A stretch of DNA of 64,000 nt from an uncultured Chloroflexia bacterium (lineage in GTDB: Bacteria > Chloroflexota > Limnocylindria > QHBO01): assembly GCA_963814375.1 (NCBI GenBank), contig CAWFCQ010000004.1, forward strand, positions 160,001 through 224,000, read 5' to 3'. The notes beneath the pieces are model-generated. The model saw only the letters and a list, made by a program, of their open reading frames with translations. It had not been told where the DNA came from and searched no databases. This document shows, piece after piece, positions 1 through 9,709 of the stretch. Within the stretch, counting starts at the first letter, position 1. The number at the start of each line of letters is the position of its first letter. A program made the translations under genes and the position numbers.

Positions 1-1
1 G

Positions 2-1093
2 CTGAGTCACCAGGTCGACGAGATCACGTCGGCAGGCCCGCGGTCCGGCGAGGATGCCGAGCTCGAGGCGCAGCTGCGCGCCGCGGAGCACGCCGAGACG
101 ATCGCGAGGTCCGGGACCGAGGCCGTCACCGCGCTCCGCGAAGACGGTGGCGCCGGCGACGCGCTCGCAGCCGCCGAGCGCGGGCTCGTCGCGGCAGCAC
201 AGCATGACGAACGATTCGGGCCGCTGGCCGATCGCGCCGCGGCGCTGGCGGCGGAGGCGTCTGAGCTTGCCCGCGACGCTGCTGCCGCGTCGGAAGGGGT
301 CGAGCTTGACCCGGCGGCGCGGGCGCTCGCCGAGGAGCGGCTGGCGCTGCTCTACGACCTGCGGCGCAAGTACGGCGACTCGATCGACGCCGTCGTCGCC
401 TTCGGCGAGACTTCCGCCACAGAGCTCCAGCGGCTGGAGAACCAGGAAGGGGAGCGCGAGGTCCTGCGTGCGCGCGAGGCTGAGGAGCGGGCCGCGCTCG
501 ACGCCGCCGCGGCCGACCTCAGCGTTGCCCGCCGTGCGGCGGCCGACCGGCTGAGCGCCGAAGTCAACCCGGAGCTGCCGCCCCTCGGGCTCCCCGGCGG
601 CGCCTTCGGGGTCGATCTGAACGTCGTTGACGCCGGACCCTCGGGAGCGGACCGCGTCGTCTTCACGTTCGCACCGAACCCGGGCGAGCCACCGCGGCCG
701 CTCGGGCGCATCGCTTCCGGCGGTGAGGCGAGCCGCGTGGCGCTGGCCCTCAAGGTCGTCCTGGCGGCGGCCGACGAGACGCCGCTGCTCGTCTTCGACG
801 AGGTCGACGCCGGGGTCGGCGGCCGCAACGCCTCGGCATTGGGCGAGCGGCTGAAGCGGCTGAGCGCCCACCACCAGGTGCTGTGTGTCACCCACCTGCC
901 GCAGGTCGCGGCCCATGCGGATGCGCATCTCGTCGTGGGCAAGCGGGTCACCGGCGGGCGGACCACGACGGAGATCCGCGCGCTCGGCGCCGAGGAGCGG
1001 GCGGCCGAGCTCGCCGCCATGCTCGGCGGCGAGGGGGCCAGGGAGGAGGCGCAGGCGGCGGCCGAGGCGCTCCTTCGCTCGGCCGGTTCCTGA
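2..1093 (+). CDS. recN: DNA repair protein RecN, C-terminal part (5' truncated by window edge)
   Basis: Open frame from position 2, continuous with ORF 737-1093; ABC-signature IASGGE, Walker B LLVFDEVDAGVGG and VLCVTHLPQVA. Confidence 0.95.
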   Translation: MSHQVDEITSAGPRSGEDAELEAQLRAAEHAETIARSGTEAVTALREDGGAGDALAAAERGLVAAAQHDERFGPLADRAAALAAEASELARDAAAASEGVELDPAARALAEERLALLYDLRRKYGDSIDAVVAFGETSATELQRLENQEGEREVLRAREAEERAALDAAAADLSVARRAAADRLSAEVNPELPPLGLPGGAFGVDLNVVDAGPSGADRVVFTFAPNPGEPPRPLGRIASGGEASRVALALKVVLAAADETPLLVFDEVDAGVGGRNASALGERLKRLSAHHQVLCVTHLPQVAAHADAHLVVGKRVTGGRTTTEIRALGAEERAAELAAMLGGEGAREEAQAAAEALLRSAGS

Positions 1094-1998
1094 TGGCCGG
1101 CTCGGCTGCCAGGGTCGACCCGGCGCTGGCCGAGGCCATCGACGCGTTCCTGCTCGAACTGCGGGTCGAACGAGGTCTGTCACCGCTCACCATCGCGGCG
1201 TACCGCCGCGACCTCGCGCAGTTTGCCGCGGTCGCCGGCCGGCGCTGGCGGGACGATCCGCAGGCGCTGATCGACTTCGTGACCGGGCTCCAGCATCGGG
1301 GCGCTCGCGGCAGCACCCAGGCGAGAAAGAGCGCCGCGGTCCGCAGCTTCTATGCCTTTGCGCTGCGCGAGGGCCTCGCAACCCGGGATGTGCCGGCCCT
1401 GGTGGACGCGCCGAAGCCGGGCAGCTACCTGCCCGACGTCCTGAGCCCGGAAGACGTCGAGCTGATCCTCGATGCGCCGCCGGCGGAGACCCTCATCGGC
1501 ACACGCGACCGCGCCATCCTCGAGCTCCTCTACGGCTGCGGGCTGCGGGTGAGCGAGCTCGTCGGCCTCGACGTCGACCGGGTCGACCTGCCGAATCAGC
1601 AGGTCCGGGTCATCGGTAAGGGCGACAAGGAGCGACGTGTGCCGATGGGGGACGAGGCGCGAGAGCGGCTGCACCGGTATCGCATCGGCCCGCGCGCGGC
1701 GTGGACGGCCAGGAAGCCAACGCCGGCCGTGTTCGTCGGCACGCGTGGGAGACGGATGAGCCGGGAGGCCGTGTGGGGCCTGGTCAAGCGCTGGACCGAG
1801 GTTGCGGGAGTCCGAGAACGGGTTACTCCGCACACGTTCCGGCACAGTTTTGCGACCCATCTGCTCGATGGCGGCGCCGACCTGCGCGTGGTCCAGGCCC
1901 TGCTTGGCCATGCTAGCATCGGCACGACCCAGCTCTACACCCACCTGACCGGAGAGCGCGTCCGCGAGGCCTACGCGCGCGCGCATCCGAGAGCCTGA
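1093..1998 (+). CDS. xerD: Site-specific tyrosine recombinase XerD
   Basis: ATG overlaps recN TGA; RDRAILELLYGCGLRVSEL, GKGDKER, TPHTFRHSFATHLL, LLGHASIGTTQLYTH. Confidence 0.9.
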   Translation: MAGSAARVDPALAEAIDAFLLELRVERGLSPLTIAAYRRDLAQFAAVAGRRWRDDPQALIDFVTGLQHRGARGSTQARKSAAVRSFYAFALREGLATRDVPALVDAPKPGSYLPDVLSPEDVELILDAPPAETLIGTRDRAILELLYGCGLRVSELVGLDVDRVDLPNQQVRVIGKGDKERRVPMGDEARERLHRYRIGPRAAWTARKPTPAVFVGTRGRRMSREAVWGLVKRWTEVAGVRERVTPHTFRHSFATHLLDGGADLRVVQALLGHASIGTTQLYTHLTGERVREAYARAHPRA

Positions 1999-2016
1999 CG
2001 CGGAGCCGATGAGCCG

Positions 2017-2832
2017 ATGAGTTACGTCCAGAACCACCTCAGCCGGGGCGAGGAGATCGTCTACGAGACCCGGCAGCACTGGTTCGCCGTGGTCGCCCGG
2101 GTGGGGATCTGGTTCCTCGTCCTGATCGTGGCCGTTGCCCTGGCGATCTGGATCGGCACGAACGACGGCCCGGTGCTTGGCGAGACGACCGCCGACAGCA
2201 TCGTCACCGTCATCGCCGTGGCCGGGCTCCTCGGTGGGCTCGCCTACATCGGCTTCGTGATCTGGGACTGGCGCAACCAGGAGTGGCTCATCACCACCCG
2301 CCGCGTCATCCGCGCCGAGGGAGTCCTGAACAAGTCGGTGATCGACTCGAACCTCGAGAAGATCAACGACGCGCGACTCGATCAGAGCATGTTTGGCCGG
2401 CTCTTCGGCTTCGGGACGCTCGACATCCTCACGGCGGCCGAGGAGGCGGGCCGCAACAACCTGGCCGACTTCCCGATGATCGCCGACCCCGTTCAGTTCA
2501 AGAAGGCGATGTTCGACCAGAAGCAGATGATGGAAAATCCCGAGCTCGCTCAGCCGCGCTACCAGCGCACCACCGCGCCGCCGCCGATGGAACCGGCCGA
2601 GCCGATGGCGCCGCGAGCCGGGTCGGATCGCGTCTCAGTCACCGGCGACGCCGGTGCTGCGCAAGCCTCCGCTGCGGCCGTGCCAGTCGCTGCTGCCGCG
2701 GCTACTCCGGCGCCAAGCGCGCCAGACGATATCGGATCGACGCTCGAGAAGCTCGCCGGCCTGCGCGACAAGGGCCTGATCACGCCCGAGGAGTACGAGG
2801 CCAAGAAGCGGGACCTCCTGGAGAGGATGTAG
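2017..2832 (+). CDS. Membrane protein with bacterial PH (bPH_2) domain and C-terminal SHOCT domain
   Basis: Two TM helices; WLITTRRVI..GVLNK...QSMFGRLFGFGTLDI; C-terminal LEKLAGLRDKGLITPEEYEAKKRDLL. Confidence 0.8.
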   Translation: MSYVQNHLSRGEEIVYETRQHWFAVVARVGIWFLVLIVAVALAIWIGTNDGPVLGETTADSIVTVIAVAGLLGGLAYIGFVIWDWRNQEWLITTRRVIRAEGVLNKSVIDSNLEKINDARLDQSMFGRLFGFGTLDILTAAEEAGRNNLADFPMIADPVQFKKAMFDQKQMMENPELAQPRYQRTTAPPPMEPAEPMAPRAGSDRVSVTGDAGAAQASAAAVPVAAAAATPAPSAPDDIGSTLEKLAGLRDKGLITPEEYEAKKRDLLERM

Positions 2833-3720
2833 GTGCCCGAACCCTCTCCGGGCGCGCTCTCCGACGGCATTTACGGCTCAGAGCTCGATCGACGGATCCT
2901 CGAGGCATCCGAGTCGATCGGCGCACGGTTGGCCGCCGAGCCGACCCTCGCCCGTCCGCGGCTGGCGGCAATCCTGGGATCGGGGCTGGGTGGCGTGGTA
3001 GAGCTGCTCGATGACGAGCCGCGTCTGACGATCGACTATCGCGACATCCCGCACGTGCCCGGCTCGGGGGTGGAGGGCCACGCCGGCCAGCTCATTGCCG
3101 GCTCGGTGGCCGGAATGGCGGCCGTTGTCCTCTCGGGGCGGGCCCACCCCTACGAGGGCTACTCGCACCGCGAGGCGACGCTCCTGCTGCGCGCGGTACT
3201 TGCGCTCGGGGTCGATACGCTCGTCGTGACCAACGCCGCCGGCGGCCTCAATCCGGAGTTCGAGCCGGGCGACGTGATGCTGATCACCGATCACATCAAT
3301 CTCTCCGGCGACAATCCGCTGCTCGGCCCGAACCTCGATCGCTTCGGGGCGCGCTTCCCACCGCTCACCGATGCCTACGATCCTGCTCTCCGCGCCGCGG
3401 CCCGCGACGCCGCTGGGCGAACCGGGATCCGGCTCCGCGAGGGGGTCTACATCATGCTCTCCGGGCCGTCGTACGAGACGCGCGCCGAGATGCGAATGCT
3501 GCGCGGGCTGGGGGCCGACGCGACCGGCATGAGCACTGCGCACGAGGTCATCGTTGCGCGCCACGCCGGCGCGCGCGTGCTCGGTTTCAGCCTCATCACG
3601 AACAAGGCGACCGACGACGTCGAGACCGGCGCGACCCACGAAGAGGTGATCGAGATGGGCCGCGTCGGCGCCACCAGCCTCGTCACGCTGCTGGGCGAGC
3701 TCCTGCCGCAGCTCACCTGA
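2833..3720 (+). CDS. punA: Purine-nucleoside phosphorylase (trimeric type)
   Basis: ILGSGLG, GRAHPYEG, VTNAAGGLN, GPSYET, GMST, ITNKA. Confidence 0.92.
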   Translation: MPEPSPGALSDGIYGSELDRRILEASESIGARLAAEPTLARPRLAAILGSGLGGVVELLDDEPRLTIDYRDIPHVPGSGVEGHAGQLIAGSVAGMAAVVLSGRAHPYEGYSHREATLLLRAVLALGVDTLVVTNAAGGLNPEFEPGDVMLITDHINLSGDNPLLGPNLDRFGARFPPLTDAYDPALRAAARDAAGRTGIRLREGVYIMLSGPSYETRAEMRMLRGLGADATGMSTAHEVIVARHAGARVLGFSLITNKATDDVETGATHEEVIEMGRVGATSLVTLLGELLPQLT

Positions 3721-3727
3721 GCTCCGC

Positions 3728-4342
3728 ATGCTCTTTTTCGAACTGACGATTCCCCAGATCGTCGGCATTGTCGTGGCGCTGGTGGTCGGGATCACCTTTC
3801 ACGAGTTCAGCCACGCCTTCATCGCCGACGTACTCGGCGATCATCGTCCGCGCGCGCTGGGACGCGTGACGCTGAACCCGGTCGCGCACATCGACCCCAT
3901 CGGAGCGGTCTTCTTCCTGGTGGCGGGGTTCGGTTGGGGCAAGCCTGTGCCCGTCAACGTCTACGCGTTGCGACCCGGGCGCATCGGCATGGCCATCGTC
4001 GCCGCGGGCGGGCCGGTCGCCAATGTCGTTGTCGCGATCGTGGCGGCGGTGCTGTATCGCGTCATGGCCCTGGGCGGGGCGGAGGGCATAGTGGTCGAGA
4101 CTGCCTTCGCCGTCGTCTTCTTCAACATCCTCCTGGCGATCTTCAACCTCATCCCGATCCCGCCGCTGGATGGGTACAACGTCCTCCTCGCCTTCCTTCC
4201 GCCCCGCACGGCGTTCGTCGTGCAGCGCTACGCGCAGTACGGCATCCTCGTGCTCTTGCTGCTGGTGGTCATCCCGAACAGCCCGCTCGACTTCCTGCTC
4301 GGCCTGGCCCGGCCCGTCACGCAGGTGCTGACCGGTGCATAG
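3728..4342 (+). CDS. Site-2 protease family (M50) membrane metalloprotease
   Basis: HEFSH zinc motif, TLNP, FGWGKPVPVN, NLIPIPPLDG. Confidence 0.9.
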   Translation: MLFFELTIPQIVGIVVALVVGITFHEFSHAFIADVLGDHRPRALGRVTLNPVAHIDPIGAVFFLVAGFGWGKPVPVNVYALRPGRIGMAIVAAGGPVANVVVAIVAAVLYRVMALGGAEGIVVETAFAVVFFNILLAIFNLIPIPPLDGYNVLLAFLPPRTAFVVQRYAQYGILVLLLLVVIPNSPLDFLLGLARPVTQVLTGA

Positions 4343-4821
4343 GGTCGGGCAGTTCGTCTCGCACGTGCGCGCCAGGGTCGAGCCGGAAGAGGAGTCCTTC
4401 GTCGTGAGCGTGCTGCCGCGGGACGCGGTCGACCTCTTCAGGGGTATGCCGGTCGCCGACCGCCGGCACGGTCTCGACGTGGCGCGGCGCCTTGCCGAGG
4501 CCGGCATTGAAGATCGGAGACCTGCTTGCAGCCGCCCTTCTCCACGACGCGGCCAAGGGCCACCGCATGCGGCTCTGGCACCGGGTCGGCGGCGTCCTGC
4601 TCGAGGCGATGTCGCCGTCCGCCCTCCATCGGTTGGCAAGCGGGGACCCGCGTTCGTGGCGCTATCCGATGCATCTCTACATCAACCACGCGGCGATCTC
4701 GGCCGAGATGGCGGTTGCGGCCGGCTGCTCGCCGCGGGCCGGTATCTTCATCCGAGGCGATGCCACAGGGCCCGATGTGCGCCTGCAACAGGCGCTGAGG
4801 GAAGCCGATGACGCAAGCTGA
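4335..4821 (+). pseudogene. HD-domain protein split by a +1 frameshift near 4514 (probably a sequencing error)
   Basis: Frame 4335 gives ...ADRRHGLDVARRL..; frame 4492 continues DLLAAALLHDAAKG...HAAISA. Removing one base joins them. Confidence 0.7.
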
Positions 4822-5596
4822 CGGCATGGAGCCGATCCCGGTCACCTCGGAGGAGCCAGTTCCCCTGCCAATCGGCGAGGGCGAGTTCACCGTCGCGCTC
4901 GGGACGTTCGAGGGGCCACTCCAGCTGCTGCTCCACCTTATCGAGTCCCGCCAGCTCGACATCCTGACCGTGCCACTGGCCGAGGTGGCCGATGCCTATG
5001 TCGAGCACCTGACACGCCACCCGGTCGACGCCGCGAATCTGTCAGAGTTCGTCGCCATCGCCGCACAGCTCATCTACCTGAAGTCGAAGCGCATCCTGCC
5101 GGCGGAGCCCCTGCCGCCGCTGCCGGAAGGCGCCGACGAGCCCGACGAGGAGGAGCTTCGCCGCCGGATCCTCGAGTACCGGGCGCTGCGGGACGCCTCC
5201 GTCGAGCTCGGGAGGCGGGATGGCGCGACACCGGTGATGCGCCGCGAGCCGCGCGAGTCGGATCTGCCGGAGGTACCGGCCGAGCCGATGTCGGTGAACG
5301 TCCTGAGCGCCGCGCTCGAGACGCTGGCCGCCATCCCGGAGCCAGAGGCGCCTCCGCCGGAGCTGGTGGCCCGCGAGATCACGATCGGCCAGCAGATCAC
5401 CGTCCTGCGCGACGCCCTCTCGCGTGGCGGGCGCGTCCTGCTCCAGACCATCCTCGCGCGCTGCCAGTCGCGGACCGAGGCCGCCGTGACCTTCCTCGCC
5501 ACCCTCGAGCTCGTGCGCCGCCGCCAGGTGCGGGCCGAGCAGGACGAGATCTTCGGTCCGATCCTCATCGAGACGGCACCGGAGTCGCGTGGATGA
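4808..5596 (+). CDS. scpA: Segregation/condensation protein A
   Basis: FEGPLQLLLHLI, FVAIAAQLIYLKSKRILP, TFLATLELVR; upstream of scpB. Alternative start at 4826. Confidence 0.93.
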   Translation: MTQADGMEPIPVTSEEPVPLPIGEGEFTVALGTFEGPLQLLLHLIESRQLDILTVPLAEVADAYVEHLTRHPVDAANLSEFVAIAAQLIYLKSKRILPAEPLPPLPEGADEPDEEELRRRILEYRALRDASVELGRRDGATPVMRREPRESDLPEVPAEPMSVNVLSAALETLAAIPEPEAPPPELVAREITIGQQITVLRDALSRGGRVLLQTILARCQSRTEAAVTFLATLELVRRRQVRAEQDEIFGPILIETAPESRG

Positions 5597-6150
5597 CCGA
5601 CGATCTCACGGCGTATCTCGAGGCGCTCCTCTTCATCGCCGAGCGTCCGCTGACCACGCCCGAGATGGCCGAGCTGGCGGAGGCGACCCGCCCGGCCACC
5701 GAGGCAGCTCTCGACGGGCTGCGCGAACGGCTCGAGCAGGACCGGCGCGGCCTGCGCGTGCAGCGCCACGACGACGCCTGGCAGCTCGTGACCGCCCCGG
5801 AGGTCGGTGCACGGCTGGCCGCCTATGCCGCTCGGGAGGAGGCGCGGCTCACGCCGGCCTCGCTGGAGGCGCTCGCCGTCATCGCCTACCGGCAGCCGTG
5901 CACGCGGGGTGACGTCGAGCGGGTGCGCGGCGTCGACTCCGACTACGTCATGCGCTCGCTCCTGCACCGCCGTCTCGTGGCCGAGGTTGGCCGGCGGGAC
6001 ACGCCCGGCCGGCCGATCCTGTTCGGGACGACGTTCGCCTTCCTCGAACGATTCGGCCTCACCTCGCTCGACGACCTGCCGCCGCTCTCCAGCGATGCCG
6101 CCCAGCTCGCGGCGCTGACCGAGGCGGCACCCGCGGCCGATGGCGAGTGA
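5593..6150 (+). CDS. scpB: SMC-Scp complex subunit ScpB
   Basis: LEALLF, LEALAVIAYRQPCTRGDVERVRGV, PGRPILFGTTFAFLERFGL. Confidence 0.95.
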   Translation: MTDDLTAYLEALLFIAERPLTTPEMAELAEATRPATEAALDGLRERLEQDRRGLRVQRHDDAWQLVTAPEVGARLAAYAAREEARLTPASLEALAVIAYRQPCTRGDVERVRGVDSDYVMRSLLHRRLVAEVGRRDTPGRPILFGTTFAFLERFGLTSLDDLPPLSSDAAQLAALTEAAPAADGE

Positions 6151-6889
6151 GCGGCTCCAGAAGCTTCTCGCCCGGGCCGGGCTGGCCTCACGACGCGGGG
6201 CCGAGCAGCTCATCGCCGACGGACGGGTCCGGGTCAACGGTGCGCTGGCGCGGCTCGGCGACTCGGCCGACCCCGATCGCGATCGGATCGAGGTCGACGG
6301 GCGGCCGTTGGCGGCTGCCGCCCCGCCGATCCACATCGCCATCCACAAGCCGCGTGGCTTTCTCAGCTCGGCTCGTGACGAGCGCGGCCGTCGTTCGGTC
6401 GTCTCGCTCGTCGACGCCGGCGGCGAGCGCCTCTGGCCGGCCGGCCGCCTCGACGTCGAGTCAGAGGGCCTGATGCTGCTCACGAACGACGGGGATTGGG
6501 CGAACCGCGTACTGCACCCCCGCTACGGGATCGTCCGCGAGTACGCGGCGCTCCTGACGCCGGACCCGTCCCGGTCAGCCCTGAACCGGCTCCTCGACGG
6601 CGTCACGCTCGACGACGGGCCAGCGCACCTGCTCGCATTCCGGCGCGCGGCCCCACCGCGGGAGATCGCGCGGATGCGGAGCGAGACCGGCGCCTGGCTG
6701 CGGATCAGGATCGGCGAGGGTCGCAAGCGCGAGGTGCGCCGCCTCTTCGAGGTGGTCGGCATCTCCGTCCAGCGCCTCGTCCGAACCGGGATCGGCAGCC
6801 TCACCCTCGCCGGGCTGACGGAGGGCGAATGGCGTCACCTGCGGACGGACGAGGTGGCGGCGCTCGCTGTCGGAGCCCGGGAGCGGTGA
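6140..6889 (+). CDS. rluB: Pseudouridine synthase with S4 domain (RluB/RsuA family)
   Basis: ERLQKLLARAGLASRRGAE, GRLDVESEGLMLLTNDG, EGRKREVRR; follows scpB. Confidence 0.88.
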   Translation: MASERLQKLLARAGLASRRGAEQLIADGRVRVNGALARLGDSADPDRDRIEVDGRPLAAAAPPIHIAIHKPRGFLSSARDERGRRSVVSLVDAGGERLWPAGRLDVESEGLMLLTNDGDWANRVLHPRYGIVREYAALLTPDPSRSALNRLLDGVTLDDGPAHLLAFRRAAPPREIARMRSETGAWLRIRIGEGRKREVRRLFEVVGISVQRLVRTGIGSLTLAGLTEGEWRHLRTDEVAALAVGARER

Positions 6890-7560
6890 CGCGCACGGTT
6901 GCGATCGACGGGCCGTCGGGAGCGGGCAAGAGCACCATCGGCTTCGCGCTCGCGACCAGGATCGACGCCACCTTCGTCGACACCGGGCTGATGTACCGCG
7001 CGCTCACGCTCGCGGCGATCGAGCGGGGCATCGACGTGGAGGACGGCCCGGCCCTCGGCGACCTTGCCGCGCGCTGCGCGATCGAGGTGGAGCGGCCCCG
7101 ACCCGACCAGGTCGACCGGCTCGAGACGGTGCGCCTCGACGGCCGTGATGTGACGGTCGAGGTTCGCGACCCGCGGGTCGACCGCGCGGTCAGCTCGGTC
7201 AGCCGCCACGCCGAAGTGCGCTCGGCCATGCTCATCGTCCAGCGCGCTGCCGCGACGCTCGGCGACACGGTCATGGTCGGGCGCGACATTGGAACGGTCG
7301 TGCTCCCCGACGCGACGCTCAAGGTCCACCTCGTGGCGGATGCGGCGGTGCGCGCAGCCCGCCGGGCAGCCGAGATGGGGACACCGGAGCGGGCGTCCGA
7401 GTACCTGGCCGAGATCGAGCGCCGGGATGCCGCCGACTCCGGGCGAGACATCGCTCCGCTGCGCCAGGCGGAAGGCGCCCTCGTCCTCGACACCGGAGCG
7501 CTGGACGTCGACGCGTGCGTCAACGCGATCGTGGCTCGTCTGGACGACATCGGTGGCTGA
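6886..7560 (+). CDS. cmk: Cytidylate kinase
   Basis: GTG overlaps rluB stop; VAIDGPSGAGKST, DTGLMYR, MVGRDIGTVVLPDA. Confidence 0.95.
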   Translation: MTRTVAIDGPSGAGKSTIGFALATRIDATFVDTGLMYRALTLAAIERGIDVEDGPALGDLAARCAIEVERPRPDQVDRLETVRLDGRDVTVEVRDPRVDRAVSSVSRHAEVRSAMLIVQRAAATLGDTVMVGRDIGTVVLPDATLKVHLVADAAVRAARRAAEMGTPERASEYLAEIERRDAADSGRDIAPLRQAEGALVLDTGALDVDACVNAIVARLDDIGG

Positions 7561-8200
7561 CTGGTTCTTCCATCCGGGCGCCGCGATCTGCGGCTTCGTG
7601 GCGAGGGTCCTCTTCGGCTGTCGGATCGAGGGAGTCGAGCACGTTCCGCGCGACGGCGCGTTCATCGTCGTTGGCAATCACTGCTCGAACTTCGACCCAC
7701 CCATCATCGGCTGGGCAACCGGCCACCAGGTCGGCCGCGTCGTCCACTTCATGGCGAAGGCGGAGATGCGCAGGTGGCCGCTGGCCGGCTGGCTCGCGGG
7801 GCAGTCGGGCGTCATCTTCGTCCGCCGCGGCGAGGGCGATCGCGCGGCTCAGCGCGCCGCGATGCAGGCGCTCGCTGACGGCCGTCCGCTGGCGCTCTTC
7901 CCGGAGGGCACGCGCTCCCGCGACGGGCACATGAAGGTCGGCAAGTCGGGCGCCGCCCTGATGGCCATGCGATCCGGTGCGCCGCTGCTCCCGGTCGCGA
8001 TCTCCGGGACGCAGCGCATCTTTCCCGGTGACTCGCGCTGGCCGCATCCGTCTCGCGTGGTGGTCCGCGTCGGCGAGCCGTTCAGGCTGTCGCACCGGCC
8101 GGAGGGCCGGCTCGATCGTGCGGCCTTGGCCGAGGGCACCGAGCGGATCATGAGCGTCATCGAGGCAATGCTCCCGGTTGAGCAGCGCCGCATCACCTAG
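7553..8200 (+). CDS. plsC: 1-acyl-sn-glycerol-3-phosphate acyltransferase
   Basis: NHCSNFDP (HX4D), FMAK, FPEGTRS; follows cmk. Confidence 0.88.
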   Translation: MADWFFHPGAAICGFVARVLFGCRIEGVEHVPRDGAFIVVGNHCSNFDPPIIGWATGHQVGRVVHFMAKAEMRRWPLAGWLAGQSGVIFVRRGEGDRAAQRAAMQALADGRPLALFPEGTRSRDGHMKVGKSGAALMAMRSGAPLLPVAISGTQRIFPGDSRWPHPSRVVVRVGEPFRLSHRPEGRLDRAALAEGTERIMSVIEAMLPVEQRRIT

Positions 8201-8209
8201 CCGCCGGCC

Positions 8210-8225
8210 GTATATACGTATATAC
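8210..8225. promoter_or_regulatory. Perfect 16-bp palindrome GTATATACGTATATAC, putative operator upstream of ispH
   Basis: Self-complementary AT-rich site in a very GC-rich background, 13 nt upstream of the TAGAAT box (8239-8244). Confidence 0.55.
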
Positions 8226-8252
8226 CCCGCGATCCACCTAGAATTGGAGCCG

Positions 8253-9125
8253 ATGACCACCGCCATCCGACCCGAGGTCCGCATCGCCGAGCGCGCCGGC
8301 TTCTGCTATGGCGTGCGCCTGGCGATCGACAAGGCCAAGCACGCGCGCTCCGAGGGCAAGGAGGTCACGACCCTCGGCCAGCTCGTGCACAACCCGGGCA
8401 TCAAGGCCGATCTGTCGGATCGCGGCATCCGCACCGCCGACCTCGCCGACCAGGTCGAGGGCGGCACGCTCGTCATCCGCGCCCACGGCGTGCCGCGCTC
8501 CGAGTTCGAGAAGGTGAAGGACGCCGAGGGTCTCGAGGTCATCGACGCCACCTGCACGTGGGTCCTCCAATCCCAGAAGGCGGCTCGCGAGCTGGCGGAG
8601 GCCGGCTACACCGTGTGCATCATCGGCCACGAGGACCATCCCGAGGTCAAGGGCGTGCGGAGCTACGCCGGGGAGAAACACGTCGTCGTGGACGACATGG
8701 ACCGATCCACCTGGGAGCGCGTCCCGCGCACGAAGAAGATCGGCGTCCTGTCGCAGAGCACGATCCTGCCCAACAAGCTCGAGGAGTTCGCCGCCTTCTG
8801 CCTGCGCCGATGCCACGACCTCCGCGTCGTCAACACGGTCTGCCCGGTCACCCTGACCCGCCAGGACGACTCGGTGGTGCTGGCCCGCGAGGTCGACGCG
8901 ATGATCGTCGTCGGCGGCAAGAACAGCTCGAACACGAAGGAGCTGGCGGTGAAGTGCCGCGAGATCCAGCCCGAGACGGTCCACGTCGCCGATGCCGACG
9001 AGCTCGCGGCCGAGCACGCGGGATGGCTGCACGGCAAGGCCCGCATCGGTATCACCGGCGGCACCTCGACGCCCGAGGTCGACCTCGAGGAGGTCCGCGA
9101 CCGCGTCTACGCCCTCGTGGCATAG
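8253..9125 (+). CDS. ispH: 4-hydroxy-3-methylbut-2-enyl diphosphate reductase
   Basis: AGFCYGV, LVHN, IRAHG, DATC, HPEV, NTVC, VGGKNSSN, TGGTSTP. Confidence 0.95.
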   Translation: MTTAIRPEVRIAERAGFCYGVRLAIDKAKHARSEGKEVTTLGQLVHNPGIKADLSDRGIRTADLADQVEGGTLVIRAHGVPRSEFEKVKDAEGLEVIDATCTWVLQSQKAARELAEAGYTVCIIGHEDHPEVKGVRSYAGEKHVVVDDMDRSTWERVPRTKKIGVLSQSTILPNKLEEFAAFCLRRCHDLRVVNTVCPVTLTRQDDSVVLAREVDAMIVVGGKNSSNTKELAVKCREIQPETVHVADADELAAEHAGWLHGKARIGITGGTSTPEVDLEEVRDRVYALVA

Positions 9126-9127
9126 GC

Positions 9128-9574
9128 GTGGCCGAGCTGGTCGTCACGCAGGCCGTCCGCGCCGATCCTGCCGAGACCTTTGCGGCCTTCACGTCTGCCG
9201 ATGCGCTGGCCCGCTGGTGGTGGCCGCACATCGGCGACACGACCTACGCGGTCGACCCGCGCGTTGGCGGCACCTATGACATCCGTTCCCAGGTGGCCGG
9301 GATCGGCGTGCGCGGCGAGTTTCTCGAGCTCGATCCCCCGCGCCTGATCCGGATGACCTGGAAGTGGGTCGACGACGGGGTCAGCGGTTTGGGGGAGAAT
9401 GTGTCGATCGCCTTCGCGCCGGGCGGTGACGGCACGCTCGTGACGGTGACCCATGTGCTGGCGGCGGGGTCGGGCGATGGCGACGACCTGCGCCAGGGCT
9501 GGCACGATGTCCTCGAGCGGCTCGCACGGTCACTTGATGGCGAACGGTCCGATTTCCCACCCGATGGGCGTTAG
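9128..9574 (+). CDS. SRPBCC/AHSA1 domain protein
   Basis: ETFAAFTSADALARWW, DPRVGG, GEFLELDPPRLIRMTW, GWHDVLERL. Confidence 0.8.
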   Translation: MAELVVTQAVRADPAETFAAFTSADALARWWWPHIGDTTYAVDPRVGGTYDIRSQVAGIGVRGEFLELDPPRLIRMTWKWVDDGVSGLGENVSIAFAPGGDGTLVTVTHVLAAGSGDGDDLRQGWHDVLERLARSLDGERSDFPPDGR

Positions 9575-9601
9575 GTCCCGCTGCGGCGACCGGCGCGTCC
9601 G

Positions 9602-9683
9602 GATTCACACCGGGTGTGCGTGACAGGCCGATTCTGACCACTCGCCCTCGCGAATTGGGCGTTACGGTCACCCCGTGTGAATC
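9602..9683. repeat. 82-nt imperfect inverted repeat (REP/MITE-like hairpin) between convergent genes
   Basis: GATTCACAC/GTGTGAATC, GGGTG/CACCC, CGTGAC/GTTACG, CCGATTC/GAATTGG nested stems. Confidence 0.6.
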
Positions 9684-9709
9684 TCGACGGTTCGGCGCGC
9701 GAACCGCGC

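Noticed and set aside
1093-1998. Tyrosine recombinase as a phage or island integrase
   Set aside because: XerD-like sequence in the conserved recN-xerD-punA-scpAB housekeeping context; no att sites or cargo.
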